Assembly: GCA_964016885.1 (NCBI GenBank) | Contig: OZ024740.1 | Span: 185,876,001 to 185,940,000 of the forward strand | Direction of reading: 5' to 3' | Origin: Eledone cirrhosa | Lineage: Eukaryota | Length of the DNA stretch: 64,000 bases | Shown: piece by piece, positions 45,968 through 58,338 of the stretch | Layout of the letters: each line of letters starts with the position of its first letter | Position numbering within the stretch: the first letter of the stretch is position 1 | Position numbers and translations under genes: made by a program | The notes under the pieces: model-generated | What the model saw: only the letters and a program-made list of their open reading frames with translations | Databases searched by the model: none | What the model was told of the DNA's origin: nothing

Positions 45968-46174
45968 TAACGAAGGAGGTGTGGTAAGGAACCAGATGGA
46001 TTATAACGCACCTGAGTACTAAATACTTAGGGTAGTAGAGTGGGCAATAGGAAAAAGTTTAACCCCGACGGCAGAACTCTAGCCGTTTCGACGGCTATTT
46101 CTGGACTGAAGTTTGAGTCCAGAAATAGCCGTCGAAACGGCTTGAGCTCATCCATCGGCGTTAAACTTTTTCTA
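45968..46174. mobile_element. Family C copy in the opposite orientation with fold-back 46048-46174
   Basis: About 60-bp arms, loop GAAGTTTG. Confidence 0.88.
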
Positions 46175-46312
46175 TATATATATATGTGTGTGTGGACATA
46201 TATATGTCTATGTTTTTGTTCTTATAATATATAAGTGTGTGGGTGTATGCGTATATTATTACCTTTATACTTGCGTATGTATGTGTCTATGTATGTACCT
46301 ATATATATATGC

Positions 46313-46348
<36 letters not shown>

Positions 46349-47002
46349 CAAATTTATACGGGAACAAAACAGAGAGGCAGACCAATAAAGGTTTATTAGG
46401 TTCACGAAAAGCTTGTATTGAGTTAGAAACTCAAAATAGTCTCATTGCAGTAAATTAGCTCTAGGAAAAAGGCTTTTCCGAACCGTATATAACTGAACAA
46501 AAAGGAAAAAAACGAACACTGACATATATATATATGTGTGTTCAAATCGTAATGGACCAAAATCCCTAAAGTGAAAAAGATTCTAACTACAGACAATACG
46601 GTTTGCTGGACTCAATTTAAGAACAAATTAAGAAAAATAAATACAAACCAGCGTTGTGGTAACTACATCACCCAGACGGTCTTTGATATAACCGTTTCAC
46701 AATATTATTTTTGAAGAAAAATACCATATTCAAGGCTCATCAGTGAGTGTTGAAATTAGTATACTCCTCACTTCTACTTCTAAATCAAATATAAAACTGG
46801 AAAGTGTATGTATATATAACGCACATGGTTACCAAACAGAGCTTGTCGCGCAGACTTACGCCCCTACAAATAGCAGCCGGGTCTACAAGACATTTGAAAT
46901 AGCTCTACGAATTAACGGAGCTTGTATTGAGTTAGGAACTCAAAATAGTCTCATTACAGTAAATTAGCTCTAGGAAAAAGGCTAGAGGAAAACAATATAT
47001 CT

Positions 47003-47366
47003 TTAAAGGTAATCCGATAAGAGGTTGTGAAAACTACTTATCATGGATAGTTTAAGCGTACGACGTTGTTTGACTCAACAAGAGGTTTACGTGGATGGCG
47101 AGTTAATGACTTCACTTGTATTCCCTTGTAAGTATGTCTTGGAGTTATAAAATTGAATAAGTGAAGAATAGCATGGTCAACAGTACAAACAAGGAAATAT
47201 ATTTACAGTCTAACAATTGTTTCCATGATAGAGATGTCTAGAAATTGCTAAACACTGAAGGTAGTGGCACTCAATTTAAAATACATGCAACCTCCATCAT
47301 GGTAACAATTGTTAGAATGTAAATAAATTTCCTTGTTTGTACTGTTGACCATGCTATTCTTCACTT
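47003..47366. repeat. Diverged extra pLTR copy with a 70-bp inverted repeat (47159-47229 versus 47296-47366)
   Basis: 47003-47290 repeats 47683-47975. Confidence 0.85.
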
Positions 47367-47463
47367 TTTTTAATTTTGTATATATATGTATATATATGTG
47401 CGTGTATGTATGGATATTGCGTGTATGTGTGTATACATTTAGATATATGTATATGTTCGTGGT

Positions 47464-47541
<78 letters not shown>

Positions 47542-47635
47542 TGTATGTTTATGCGAGTGTATATAAATATATGTCCATGTATATATGTATGTATGCATAT
47601 GTGTGTACGTATGTTTGTATATATGTCCTCGTAAG

Positions 47636-47680
<45 letters not shown>

Positions 47681-47876
47681 CGTTAAAGGTAATCCGAAAA
47701 AAGTCTGCGAAAACTATTTATCATGGACAGTATAAGCGTACGGTACAGTGTGACTCAACAAGAGTTTTACTTCGGTGACGATTTTATGACTTCGTTTGTA
47801 TTCCTATGTAAATATATATATATATATATAAAAGAGTGAAGAATAACATGGTTGACAGTACAAAACAAGGATATTT

Positions 47877-47992
47877 ATTTACAGTCTTACAATTGTTTCA
47901 ATGATAGAAATGTCTATAAATTGCTAAATACTGGAGACAGTACAACTCAATTTACAATAAATCTAAGTACCATCATTTCATCAGAGACAAAT
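47877..47992 (-). ncRNA. Hammerhead ribozyme motif in the PLE pLTR (core intact)
   Basis: GUCU-CUGAUGA-AAUGAU..long stem II..AUCAUU-GAAA-CAAUUG-UA-AGAC. Confidence 0.75.
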
Positions 47993-49796
47993 AAGAAATA
48001 TAAAATATATGCGTAACAGTAAACTTGAAAATTTAAATAACAACATCAATAATAGTATTAATGATAAATAAATAAACGAATAAATAAATAAATAAAGGAA
48101 GGGGAACATATGGAAATGAGAGAGAAAGAAACAAAATGATGAAAGAAGGAACGGAGATATAGTTAAATATATAACCGGAAAAATTTACGAAATCAAAATA
48201 TCACATCGAAATAAATAAATATAATATTAATAAAAACAAAGATATATATAGAAGAGAGAAGGGGGGGTATAGCATAGGCAGAGAGGAAGGATAAGTAAGG
48301 AAGATGAGAAAGAAATAGAGGAAAATTAAGAGGGATGAGGAAGCAGAGGGGGATAGAAATTAATCATGAATATGGGGATATGAAGAAGAGAGGAAAGAAA
48401 GTAAACAGACGGACGAATAAACATTACTACGTAAAATAGCTAGTTTGATATGTATTATACTATAGGGTAAAATAATCGAGATGAAATATGTTTAAGTGGA
48501 GAAATACAAAGACAAGTGGTGAGAGGTGTGTAAATAAATATAAGATAATAAATGATGTAAATACAAATAAAATTAAAAATAATGATGTTAATACAAATAG
48601 TTTTAGGTTATTCTTACGTAAATATGAAGTTTGTAATAATTTGATATCGTAATAGGTGCTAAAAGTATAAAAAGGTATAAGGAATAGAAAATGGAGTTAA
48701 ATTGGTCTAAAGTTCAGCAATTTCGTTGCTGATTTATGCCGGCAAAAGATAGTTCGCTCAATTTTGCTGTTAAGAAGGGTTTTACTAAAATTAGGAATTT
48801 GGAAGAGCTCCGTATTACTGAGCCTACAATGGAACATACCAGTTTGATAGGCCTTAGCAGGTCACAGTATTGTCCAGCTAATCTCATATTTAGTGCCTGA
48901 ATTCTTGAGTTGCCATATTTTACTGGCAAGATTAGTTGTATTTGATAGATTACTATTAATCATAGAATGTCTATGCACGTACCACCGTTTTTTCAAAACA
49001 CTAGCTGTGGTACCAATGTAGTACCATGCCAAGCTACCCGAGTTGATAGTACACAAGTATACTACGTTTTTTCAAGGCATCTGTTTATTAGAGGGCAATT
49101 GTCAGGCAATTGCATAGAAATATGTTCCTATGCGCCGGTTCAACTATATGATTTTGAAGATTGTTGTGTATGGGTTACGAATTAGGTTTGTTGGTGTATT
49201 GCGGTGGTGTTCTTTGTCGTGTATTTGGTTGCGATGATGTAATATGTGTGTGTTCTGTATTTGGTGATATGGAACTTATCTGGGGGCAGCTTTGATTATG
49301 AATTCTTATGTAGTTCATTTTGTGAATTTGCGATTCTATGTTGTTAGCAGTGGAGTATGAAATGTTGATAGTTTTTCTATTAAATATTTTATTATATTTA
49401 TTTGTTTAGGGAAGGACATATCAATTTAATGGTAGGGTTAGTTTCGAAGTTACATTTATGATCTTTCAGAGTAAATGTGGGTTCACAAGGTGTAAGAGGC
49501 TCGGTTCTATCTGATATTTTAAGGTTTTTTTTACTATGTTAAGGCCTTCTATGTTAATGCTGTTAAGTGTTGACTCTGTAGTTTTCTTGTATTTTTTATG
49601 TAATTCGCGGCGTATAAAATTGTTGCATGTATTAAGGCTCATGGTATATACAGTAGATGTTTTATCTGCCTTTACAATGATACCATTAGTGGCATGTAAT
49701 GTTCTTATAAGTACATTGATGTTGTTCTGTAGTTTGCGGTGGTGGGTATGTTTTTTGTATTTAATTTCCTTTATCATGTTCATGAGATCAGCCGCT

Positions 49797-51305
49797 AGAC
49801 GATCTATCATTAAATTCGACAACAGCCACTGGGAGCGAAAGAATAGACTAAATAACTTCGATATTACTATGGGATAGAACGACTCAGCCCAGATCACAGA
49901 CTTGGTTGGAATTTATATAGCACATTTCTTACATACAGAATTTGCTAACTTACAAGGTGGAATCTATAGAGATGATACTCTACTTTTAGCTAGAAATGTA
50001 AATAGCCAAAACTTAGAAAGATTAAGGCAGAAGATTAGAAAATTATTTAATAGTATTACTTTTGAACCCAACTCTAAAAAAGTCAACTTCTTGGACGCAT
50101 TGTTTAACCTTAACTCAGGACTTATAGAACCCTTCCATAAAAATAATGAAAATTGAGCTGATATTGACTATAACTCGAACCATCCTAGATCCATAATTAA
50201 CTCAATAGCGTATAGTATATCCCTTAGAATCTCAGGCCTATCCTCTAACCACGAAATTGTTATTGAACACGCTAGCTACTACAATTTAGCTTTACTTTAG
50301 GCAGGCTATAAAGAACGACTCAAATACATACCTGATACAAAAAATAACAACACACTTAATGTTAAAGATACTTCCCACAACCATAGAATCAACAAACCTA
50401 GGTCTAAACGCTTATATAGGCAGCATATACCTAATTTAAATATACGAAATGCTAATACTAATACCACTAGCGGACATAGAGGATACAGAAATAGAAACTA
50501 CTCATGGTTTAATCCAATGTTTAACTCCTCTATTAAAACTAAGCTTCCTCTCACTTTATTTAAATTAGTTGACAAACACTTCCCTAAAACACATAAATAT
50601 CATAAAACCTTTAATAGAAAAACTATCAAGCTATCATACTCCACTGCTAAGAACATAGAATCGCACATTCACAAAATGAACTACATAAGAATTCATAATC
50701 AAAGCTGCCCCCATATAAGTTCCATATCACCAAATACAGAACACACACATATTACATCATCGCAACCAAATACACGACAAAGAACACCACAGCAATACAC
50801 CAACAGACCTAATTCGCAACCCATACACAACAATCTTCAAAATCATATAGTAGAACCGGCGCATAGGAAAACATTTCTATGCAATTGCCACTTACCTGAC
50901 AATTGCCCTCTACTAAACAGATGCCTTGAAAAAAACGTAGTATACTTGTGTACTATCAACTCAAGTAGCTTGGCATTGTACTATATTGGTTCCAGAGCTG
51001 GTGCTTTAAAAAAACGGTGGTACGTGCATAGACATTCTATTATTAATAGTAATCTATCAAATACAACTACTCTTACCAGTAAAATATGGAAATTCAAGAA
51101 TGCAGGCACTAAATATGAGATCAGCTGGACAATACTGTCACCTGCTAAAGCCTATCAAACTGGTGTGTCCCATTGTAGGCTCAGTAATATGGTACTCTTC
51201 CAAATTCCTAATTTTAGTAAAACCCTTCTTAACAGCAAAATTGAGCGAACTATCTTTTGCCGGCATATATCAGCAACGAAATTGCTGAACTTTAGAACAA
51301 CTTAA
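49797..51305 (+). pseudogene. PLE RT plus GIY-YIG endonuclease, disrupted
   Basis: FDITMG*NDSAQITDLVGIYI, GGIYRDD, VNFLD, CNCHLPDNCPLLNRC, VVY..YYIG..KKRWYVH, LNSKIE..CRH. Confidence 0.92.
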
Positions 51306-51756
51306 ATCCATTTTCTCTTCCTTATTCCTTTTTATAATTTTAGCACCTATTACGATATCAAATTATTATAAACTTCATATTTACGTAAGAATAACCTAAA
51401 AAAATTTGTATTAACATCATTATTTTTATTTTTATTTGTATTTAAACCATTTATTATCTTATATTTACACACCTCCCACCATTTGTCTCTGTATCTCTCC
51501 AGTTAAACATATTACATCCCGATGATTTTACCCTATAGTATAATACATCTCAATCTAGCATTTTATGTTTATTCGTCCGTCTGTTTACTTTCTTTTCTCT
51601 CTTCTTCATACCCCCATATTCATGATTAATTTCTATCACCCTCTGCTTACTCATCCATCTTAATTTTCCTCTATTTTTTTCTCATCTTCCTTACTTATCC
51701 TTCCTCTCTGCCTATGCTATACCAACCCCCCTGCTCTCTTCTATATATATCTTTAT

Positions 51757-51912
51757 TCGATAGAGGATCAGATATGCTTTCCAGCATAGTTACATCCCTT
51801 TACGATCTGAGTTCAAATCCCGCTGCGGTTAACTTTGCCTTTCATCCATACAGAGGTCGATAAAATTTAGTACCAGTAATTGCTAGCCTTGTACCAAAAG
51901 TAGAAAAAATTA
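51757..51912 (+). mobile_element. tRNA-SINE inserted in the right PLE arm only
   Basis: CTGAGTTCAAATCCCGCTGCGGTTAACTTTGCCTTTCATCC..GTCGATAAAATTTAGTACCAGT. Absent at the mirror site near 48235. Confidence 0.85.
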
Positions 51913-52144
51913 TTATTTATATTATATTTATTTATTTTGATGTGATAGTTTAATTTCGTAAATTTTTCCGGTTATATATTTAACTGTATCTTCGTTCCTT
52001 CTTTCGTCATTTTCTTTCTTTCTCTCTCATTTTCATCTGTTCCCTTCCTTTATTTATTTATTTATTTATTTATCATTAATACTATTATTGATGTAGTAAT
52101 TTAAATTTTCAATTTTACCGTTACGCATATATTTTATATTTCTT

Positions 52145-52260
52145 ATTTGTCTCTGATGAAATGATGTTACTTAGATGTATTGTAAATTGAGTTGTACCGT
52201 CTCCAGTATTTATCAATATATAGACATTTCTATCATTGAAACAATTGGAAGACTGTAAAT
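52145..52260 (+). ncRNA. Hammerhead motif in the right PLE pLTR with a mutated cleavage triplet (GUA to GGA)
   Basis: CTGATGA at 52153, GAAACAATTGGAAGAC at 52238. Confidence 0.65.
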
Positions 52261-52534
52261 AAATATCCTTGTTGTGTACTGTCAACCATGTTATTCTTCA
52301 CTCATTTATATATATATAGATATATATAAGCATAAGGGATGTTCAATTTGTTGTTAACTATCCAGGAATAACTTGAACCGTTAACTTATATTATCCTTGG
52401 TTATGTCAAAATTTATAAAACACAGTTCGTATTTTATTTGATAATAGCGTACCAAAGTTTTTGGTACCCTTGAAATATATATAATAGAATAGATATGGCT
52501 TTATAAATATAGTTTCCATTTATTAATATATATA

Positions 52535-53395
52535 TAAACGGAAAAAATAAAACGAAATTTCATTTCTCACTCTTATTACGGATGTTACTTAAATATAAGT
52601 ATGTATACGTACATACATATATGTATACAGACGCACAGTAGTATGTATATATATATACATACATGCACACATATTTATATATACGTATGGATTCACCGAA
52701 CATTTATTATAATGCTCGGTGTGTTTGTAAACAAACAACCCGAATTAAGCCGTACAGTGTCTAGCAACCATCGTGGCTCATTTGTTCAACACTGACAAAG
52801 GAACGTTGTACTAGTTTCAAGCTTATTAGCTATCGTCAGAAACGTATACCTTCCTGCCAGATGGTTGAACGTCTGAAAGTATATACTTTCCTTATGCATA
52901 TTAACGGCTGAGCAGCCTAATTTGCATATCGAGTGAGTTAATAGGCCCGGGTACCGAAAACGATAAACGGAAAAAATGAAACGAAATTTCATTTCTCATT
53001 CTTAGTACGGCTGTTACTTAAATATAAGTATGTATACGTACATACATATATGTATACAGACGTAAAGTAGTATGTATATATATATACATACATGCACACA
53101 TATATACATGTACGTATGGATTCACCGAACATTTATTATAATGCTCGGTGTGTTTGTAAACAAACAATCCGAATTAAGCCGTACAGTGTCTAGCAACCAT
53201 CGTTGTTCATTTATTCAACACTGGCATGTTCGGTGAATCCATACGTACATATATATATATATATATTTATGTGTCCATGTATGTATGTATATATATGTAC
53301 ATACTATTGTGCGTCTGTATACATATATGTATGTACGTATATCTTTATGTACGTATACTTTATGTATGTACGTATACATACTTATAATATATATA
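52535..53395 (-). mobile_element. Tandem about 430-bp unit (1.6 copies) plus inverted end; retrozyme/pLTR-like
   Basis: 52535-52793 repeats at 52965-53223. 53227-53390 is an inverted copy of the first part. Confidence 0.85.
52803..52845 (-). ncRNA. Very compact hammerhead ribozyme motif
   Basis: ACGUUU-CUGACGA-UAGCU(AAUA)AGCUU-GAAA-CUAG-UA-CAACGU. Confidence 0.75.
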
Positions 53396-54169
53396 TATAT
53401 ACTACCTAAAGTACCCATCCTTTGGATGGTTCAAGTAGCTTTCGATATAGCTCATTAAACTAAACAAAGTAAATTTGAATACATAGAAGAAAAACGTACT
53501 TTATGTAAACATGAAAACCTTAGCCACTATTCCAGCGAAATAATTAATATGTGAACTCGGTGTCATCCGTTACACCATGTAACAACAGAAATCCAGTCTA
53601 GGTATACATTTTTTTGACAACAGTAAAAGCACACCATGAAATAGAGAATTGAAGTGAATAATAGACACTATTATGTACATAGGTTGGAATAACAATACAG
53701 ATTGGACACTAGAGGGGGGAACTGATGGATGAGCAAATCGTTATAAAAAGAGGTGGATGTTGGGTTGGATCACTCATTGTCTTTCGAATTATTGAAGAGC
53801 AGATTTATACACAACATTTTTCGTTTTCCCGTCAGGAGCATAAATATATAGGTTGTCAGGATTACCAACTCAAGAAGAGCCAACGTCATCAAAAATGAGT
53901 TCCTATTGTATTGACGAAAGATATCTCTTGTCTTACTTAATGACAAAAATTGACACAAGTAACCGAAACTTTTTTAATGTCTTCAAAGGTCCCAATATCT
54001 ACTATTGAAAGATTTTGTGCAAGGAGAAGCTCTGTACAAAATTTCAAAGAAATCGGATGAATGCTTTAGAATATATGAGCCTTCATTAAAAATTGTCTAC
54101 ACACCCATACACACACACAGAGAAAACTTCATCTTTATATTTATATACATATATATATATACATATATA

Positions 54170-54231
<62 letters not shown>

Positions 54232-54706
54232 AATTTATTATTTCCTTGTCTTTGTCAACCCCTGTATTTTAGATATGTAGTGTCCCCCGTTCATTTTTAT
54301 TTTTATGTTTATGTTTATTTTATTTTTACTCTTATTATTTTTATTTTTTGCCTGCTCAATCACCCACTGAACTATATCGACGTAATTGTAGGTGCGTGTT
54401 TCGTATACTGTATATGTTTTTATATATGTGTGTGTTTATATATGTGTGTTTATATAAGTATTCATATACATGTGTGTGTGCGTGTGTGTACATATATCCA
54501 TGTATATATGTATATGTATGTGTGCATGTATATATAATGTACACATGCATGCACACGCACATATATATGGATATGTATATATTCACGCAAACATATTTAC
54601 AATATATATAATTTCATATATATGTATATATGTGTGCTTGTATATATATATCCATATATATGTGTGTGTGCGTGCATGTGTACCTGTAAGTATGTGTGCG
54701 AGTATG

Positions 54707-54742
<36 letters not shown>

Positions 54743-54743
<1 letters not shown>

Positions 54744-54774
54744 TCTCTTTTCCTTTACCTTTCCTACGGAACAC

Positions 54775-54810
<36 letters not shown>

Positions 54811-55300
54811 AAGGTTTACTTATATATATATATATATATATTTATAGGCATGTGTATGTGCATGTTTACGTATGTGTACGCATGTGTATGTGTAAGTGCG
54901 CATGTATGTATGCATTTGTATATATATGTATGTGTACATGTATGTATGTGTGTGAATATAAGTATATGCGTGGGTAATTGCTTATATATGTATGTATTTA
55001 TTAATTTCCCCATTACATTACGTCCGTTATTTTATTTCAGCCTCGCTTTCAATTGTTCTAGACTTTGTTTTGAAATTCATGTTTTCACATCCTTTTAAAT
55101 AAATTTTCTTTCTGACGAGCGAAGTCAGACGTCTGTGTCTTCGTGAAACCTTTGGTAAATGAAATGATTATCTTACGTTGTCTATTACATAACTAAAAAG
55201 CCCTACAGTCTACATAGATCACTCTCTTTTCCTTTACCTTTCCTATGGAACACTTCATATATATATATATATATATATATTTATAAAGGTTTACTTATAT
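54743..55300 (+). mobile_element. Element with terminal direct repeats (about 480-bp period) and a hammerhead
   Basis: CTCTCTTTTCCTTTACCTTTCCTA.GGAACACTTC-(TA)n-TTTATAAAGGTTTACTT at 54743 and 55222. Confidence 0.8.
55103..55166 (+). ncRNA. Hammerhead ribozyme motif
   Basis: UUUCUUU-CUGACGA-GCGAAG..CUUCGU-GAAA-CC(UUU)GG-UA-AAUGAAA. Confidence 0.75.
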
Positions 55301-55307
55301 ATATATC

Positions 55308-55365
<58 letters not shown>

Positions 55366-55425
55366 TGTTTTGCAACGGGTCACTTTGAGGTTCAAGGAAG
55401 AGTTAATAAATTAAATAATCTGAGC

Positions 55426-55585
55426 TATATATCATAAAACATGTCTATAGAATCACCAAATAAAATATAGAAGCCTTTATTCTTATAGCTTGGTCGATTT
55501 TTTATATGGTTAATTATGCTAATTGTGAGAGGAAATGGTATATATTTTATCTGGTGATTCTATAGACATGTTTTATGATATATAT
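55426..55585. repeat. Palindromic element, about 44-bp arms
   Basis: TATCATAAAACATGTCTATAGAATCACCA.ATAAAATATA inverted at 55542-55585. Confidence 0.88.
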
Positions 55586-55962
55586 ATATAATATATATAA
55601 TATATACATGTGTGTGGGTGTGTGTTATAATCCTTTCATACCCTCCGCCTTCCACGCTGGCAAATGTTGGTGTTCCACGTTGCAAGACACAGCCGGGTCA
55701 AATAGGCCACGTTTCGCTTGTAACGCTGCATTTTTGGGGGGCGGGGAGCATTATATCTACAGATGGACGCCACGTTACAGCTTAGATTTGGTGCATTTAC
55801 TCATGAAACCAGCACTATAATGTTAAAGTAACGAGTTTACTGATTGCATATTATCCTACAAACATATTTGCGGTCTCATGGCATAGAGGGGCAATAATAC
55901 GAAGGGTTGTCAAGTGTTTGATAGACGAGACATTATGATTGCAAATTTTGATATTGTGAGTG

Positions 55963-56029
<67 letters not shown>

Positions 56030-56900
56030 AGTCGTAGAATGCATACATGGTTTAGAGTAAAACATACTTGAGCGGGTGAGGGACCATCCGGGGCAGGTTT
56101 TATTCTGGCACATCAGAATTTGAGAGAAAATTATTCCGATGAGGAGAGTGCAAATATAGTGGATATTCTAGTTAAGTGATTAAGAACGTGTTCTAGTAGA
56201 TGCACAATCTGGATTTAACAGGAGTATATAGGATGTCTTGTTTACAGAGGTGGGTGGGTCATTTCCAACACCGAAGGCCACCAATCGTCATGGACTTTTG
56301 TCATCTCTATCATGAGGTTTGACCGTGTGCATTGCATGTCCAAATAAGCGCCGGCTTCTCCCTTATAATTTACAACTGATTCTTCGAATATCTATTTTTC
56401 TCCTCAACTTATTCACGCCTATTTGTTCATACACGATGACATGATGTATCCAGCTGAGCGTGCTTGCTTCTTTTCCTTCCAGCCGTCGCAGATATTCTTG
56501 ATTCAAGACAGAATTCTAACTAAATTTACATCATTGTGTTTCGTACACGCTGATAGAGAAACACCATTTGTTGGAAGCAGTTGTAACAGCTCCCTGAACC
56601 TTCTCTACCTTGCACGTATCCTGGCTTCTATGCATCAAGCTACATTACTGGTCGGATCAAATAGGTAACAATATGCTTTTAGGGCATAAGACGGAAGTTG
56701 AATACGTCTGACACAAATGAAGTAACTTGGAGCTCGAAACCACACAGCTGTGGTGCGAATACCGTCCCCATTTTGCATGATTGTGTCCTTTAACTACATA
56801 GTCATGCCTGCGGTCATTCCCTTCAGCTGCATGACAATGATAAAATAATTGCCACAATCCATGAAATCCTTGTCTACAAATTTATATTCGTGTACCAATC
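56030..56900 (-). pseudogene. Possible very decayed Tc1/mariner (maT-like) transposase relic
   Basis: Weak resemblance only (MQLK start and SFVC-like stretch). No intact catalytic motif. Confidence 0.25.
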
Positions 56901-57549
56901 AGCAGATATTTGACACGAACTCTAGTAATAAAATGAAACAATAAACCTATAGCTGATATCTAGTTCTTTAACATTTTTCATGCAGCATCAAATTTATCCA
57001 TGCATAATATGTTATTATTGGAAATGCTAAAGGATTTAATGCTGAAGTGAGACTTATTTTGTACAATAGGCATTCTGAAATAAAAAGATTTATGGCAATC
57101 TGTAGATACCATTAATCGTTGTCCAAACATCGATATTGATTCCTTTGAAGACTATTTCAAATGTTCCATAGGCCATCTGCTTTTACAAACACATACGCAC
57201 ATACACACACACACATATATATATAAGTCTGTATGCATGAGATGTTAGTGATAGTTCGTCTCTTTCTACGATGGGCACATTCATTTTCAATCAACTGAAC
57301 ATCCAACTCCTCTACGTAATATAATAGAAATTTGGTAATCCATAGACACATGTGCCATTAACGTAATTCTCCAGCAGAAACAACTTGACACATCATGTGA
57401 CAAAGTTGTATTACATTTTACATATATGTTGTTGGTCCTAACAACGCTATAGTAAAGGGTTTTAGCCAGGGTGACCCGCTTTTGGCTGGAAACTGGGACG
57501 TTATGTTATTATAGTAAAACAAATTCGTTTTTTCATTTAGTTATATGTA

Positions 57550-57613
<64 letters not shown>

Positions 57614-57690
57614 GGAGGTTAGTTTTATTGTAGTACAATAAAGCAATGCAGATATCGGATAAGTAGCACTCTACAGTTTGTAGGACTGGA

Positions 57691-58037
57691 GTATAAATAA
57701 TATAAGATCAAAAGATGTTTAAAAGAGTTCCATGTATTTTATTATGCGCATTTGAAAAACAAATATCACCATGAGATGACATTTGCGTTTTCGTCAGATA
57801 AAATAGGGAGACATGATATGAAGGTTAAAAAACATTTGAGAATAGTGCAGTTTTAAATCAGCATATGATATTCTGACTTAAAACTGCACTATTCACAAAT
57901 GTTTTTTAACCTTCATATCATGTCTCCCTATTTTATCTGATGAGAACGCAATTATCATCCCATGATAATATTTGTTTTTGAAATGCGCATAATAAAATAC
58001 TTGGAACTCTTTTAACCATCTGTTGATCTTAATTTTA

Positions 58038-58050
<13 letters not shown>
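57691..58050. mobile_element. Palindromic element (about 170-bp arms, 11-nt loop) with a hammerhead in each arm
   Basis: 57691-57861 inverted versus 57873-58050, near (TA)n tracts. Confidence 0.92.
57929..57999 (+). ncRNA. Hammerhead ribozyme motif, cleanest in the window
   Basis: UAUUUUAU-CUGAUGA-GAACGCAA..UUUGUUUUU-GAAA-UGCGCA-UA-AUAAAAUA, with a perfect 8-bp stem I. The mirror copy has GAAA changed to CAAA. Confidence 0.8.
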
Positions 58051-58078
<28 letters not shown>

Positions 58079-58115
58079 TAAAACTTTTGCATATATTATA
58101 TATATATATATATAT

Positions 58116-58147
<32 letters not shown>

Positions 58148-58254
58148 ATTATATATATATATTATATATATATATATATTATATATATATATATATATAT
58201 TATATATATTTATATATATATAATTATATATATATATTATATATATATATATAT

Positions 58255-58338
<84 letters not shown>

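Larger units (their letters stand above)
47823..52315. mobile_element. Head-to-head Penelope-like retroelement (C-terminal endonuclease; tentatively Hydra clade) with about 1.6-kb inverted arms
   Basis: 47823-49440 inverted versus about 50560-52315, both ends in (TA)n. Minus-strand N-terminal fragment IIVKADKT at 49466-49800. Confidence 0.92.

Noticed and set aside
46685-46750. Minus-strand CUGAUGA...GAAACGGUUA motif
   Set aside because: Stem II is partly plausible but stem I does not pair. At best a heavily decayed hammerhead.
49797-51305. In-frame stops in the PLE as selenocysteine recoding (Naiad-like)
   Set aside because: The endonuclease is C-terminal, the stops include TAG, and they are not at cysteine positions. 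Ordinary decay.
53750-54090. Possible mariner remnant or exon (also 9780-9966)
   Set aside because: Too degenerate to support any call.
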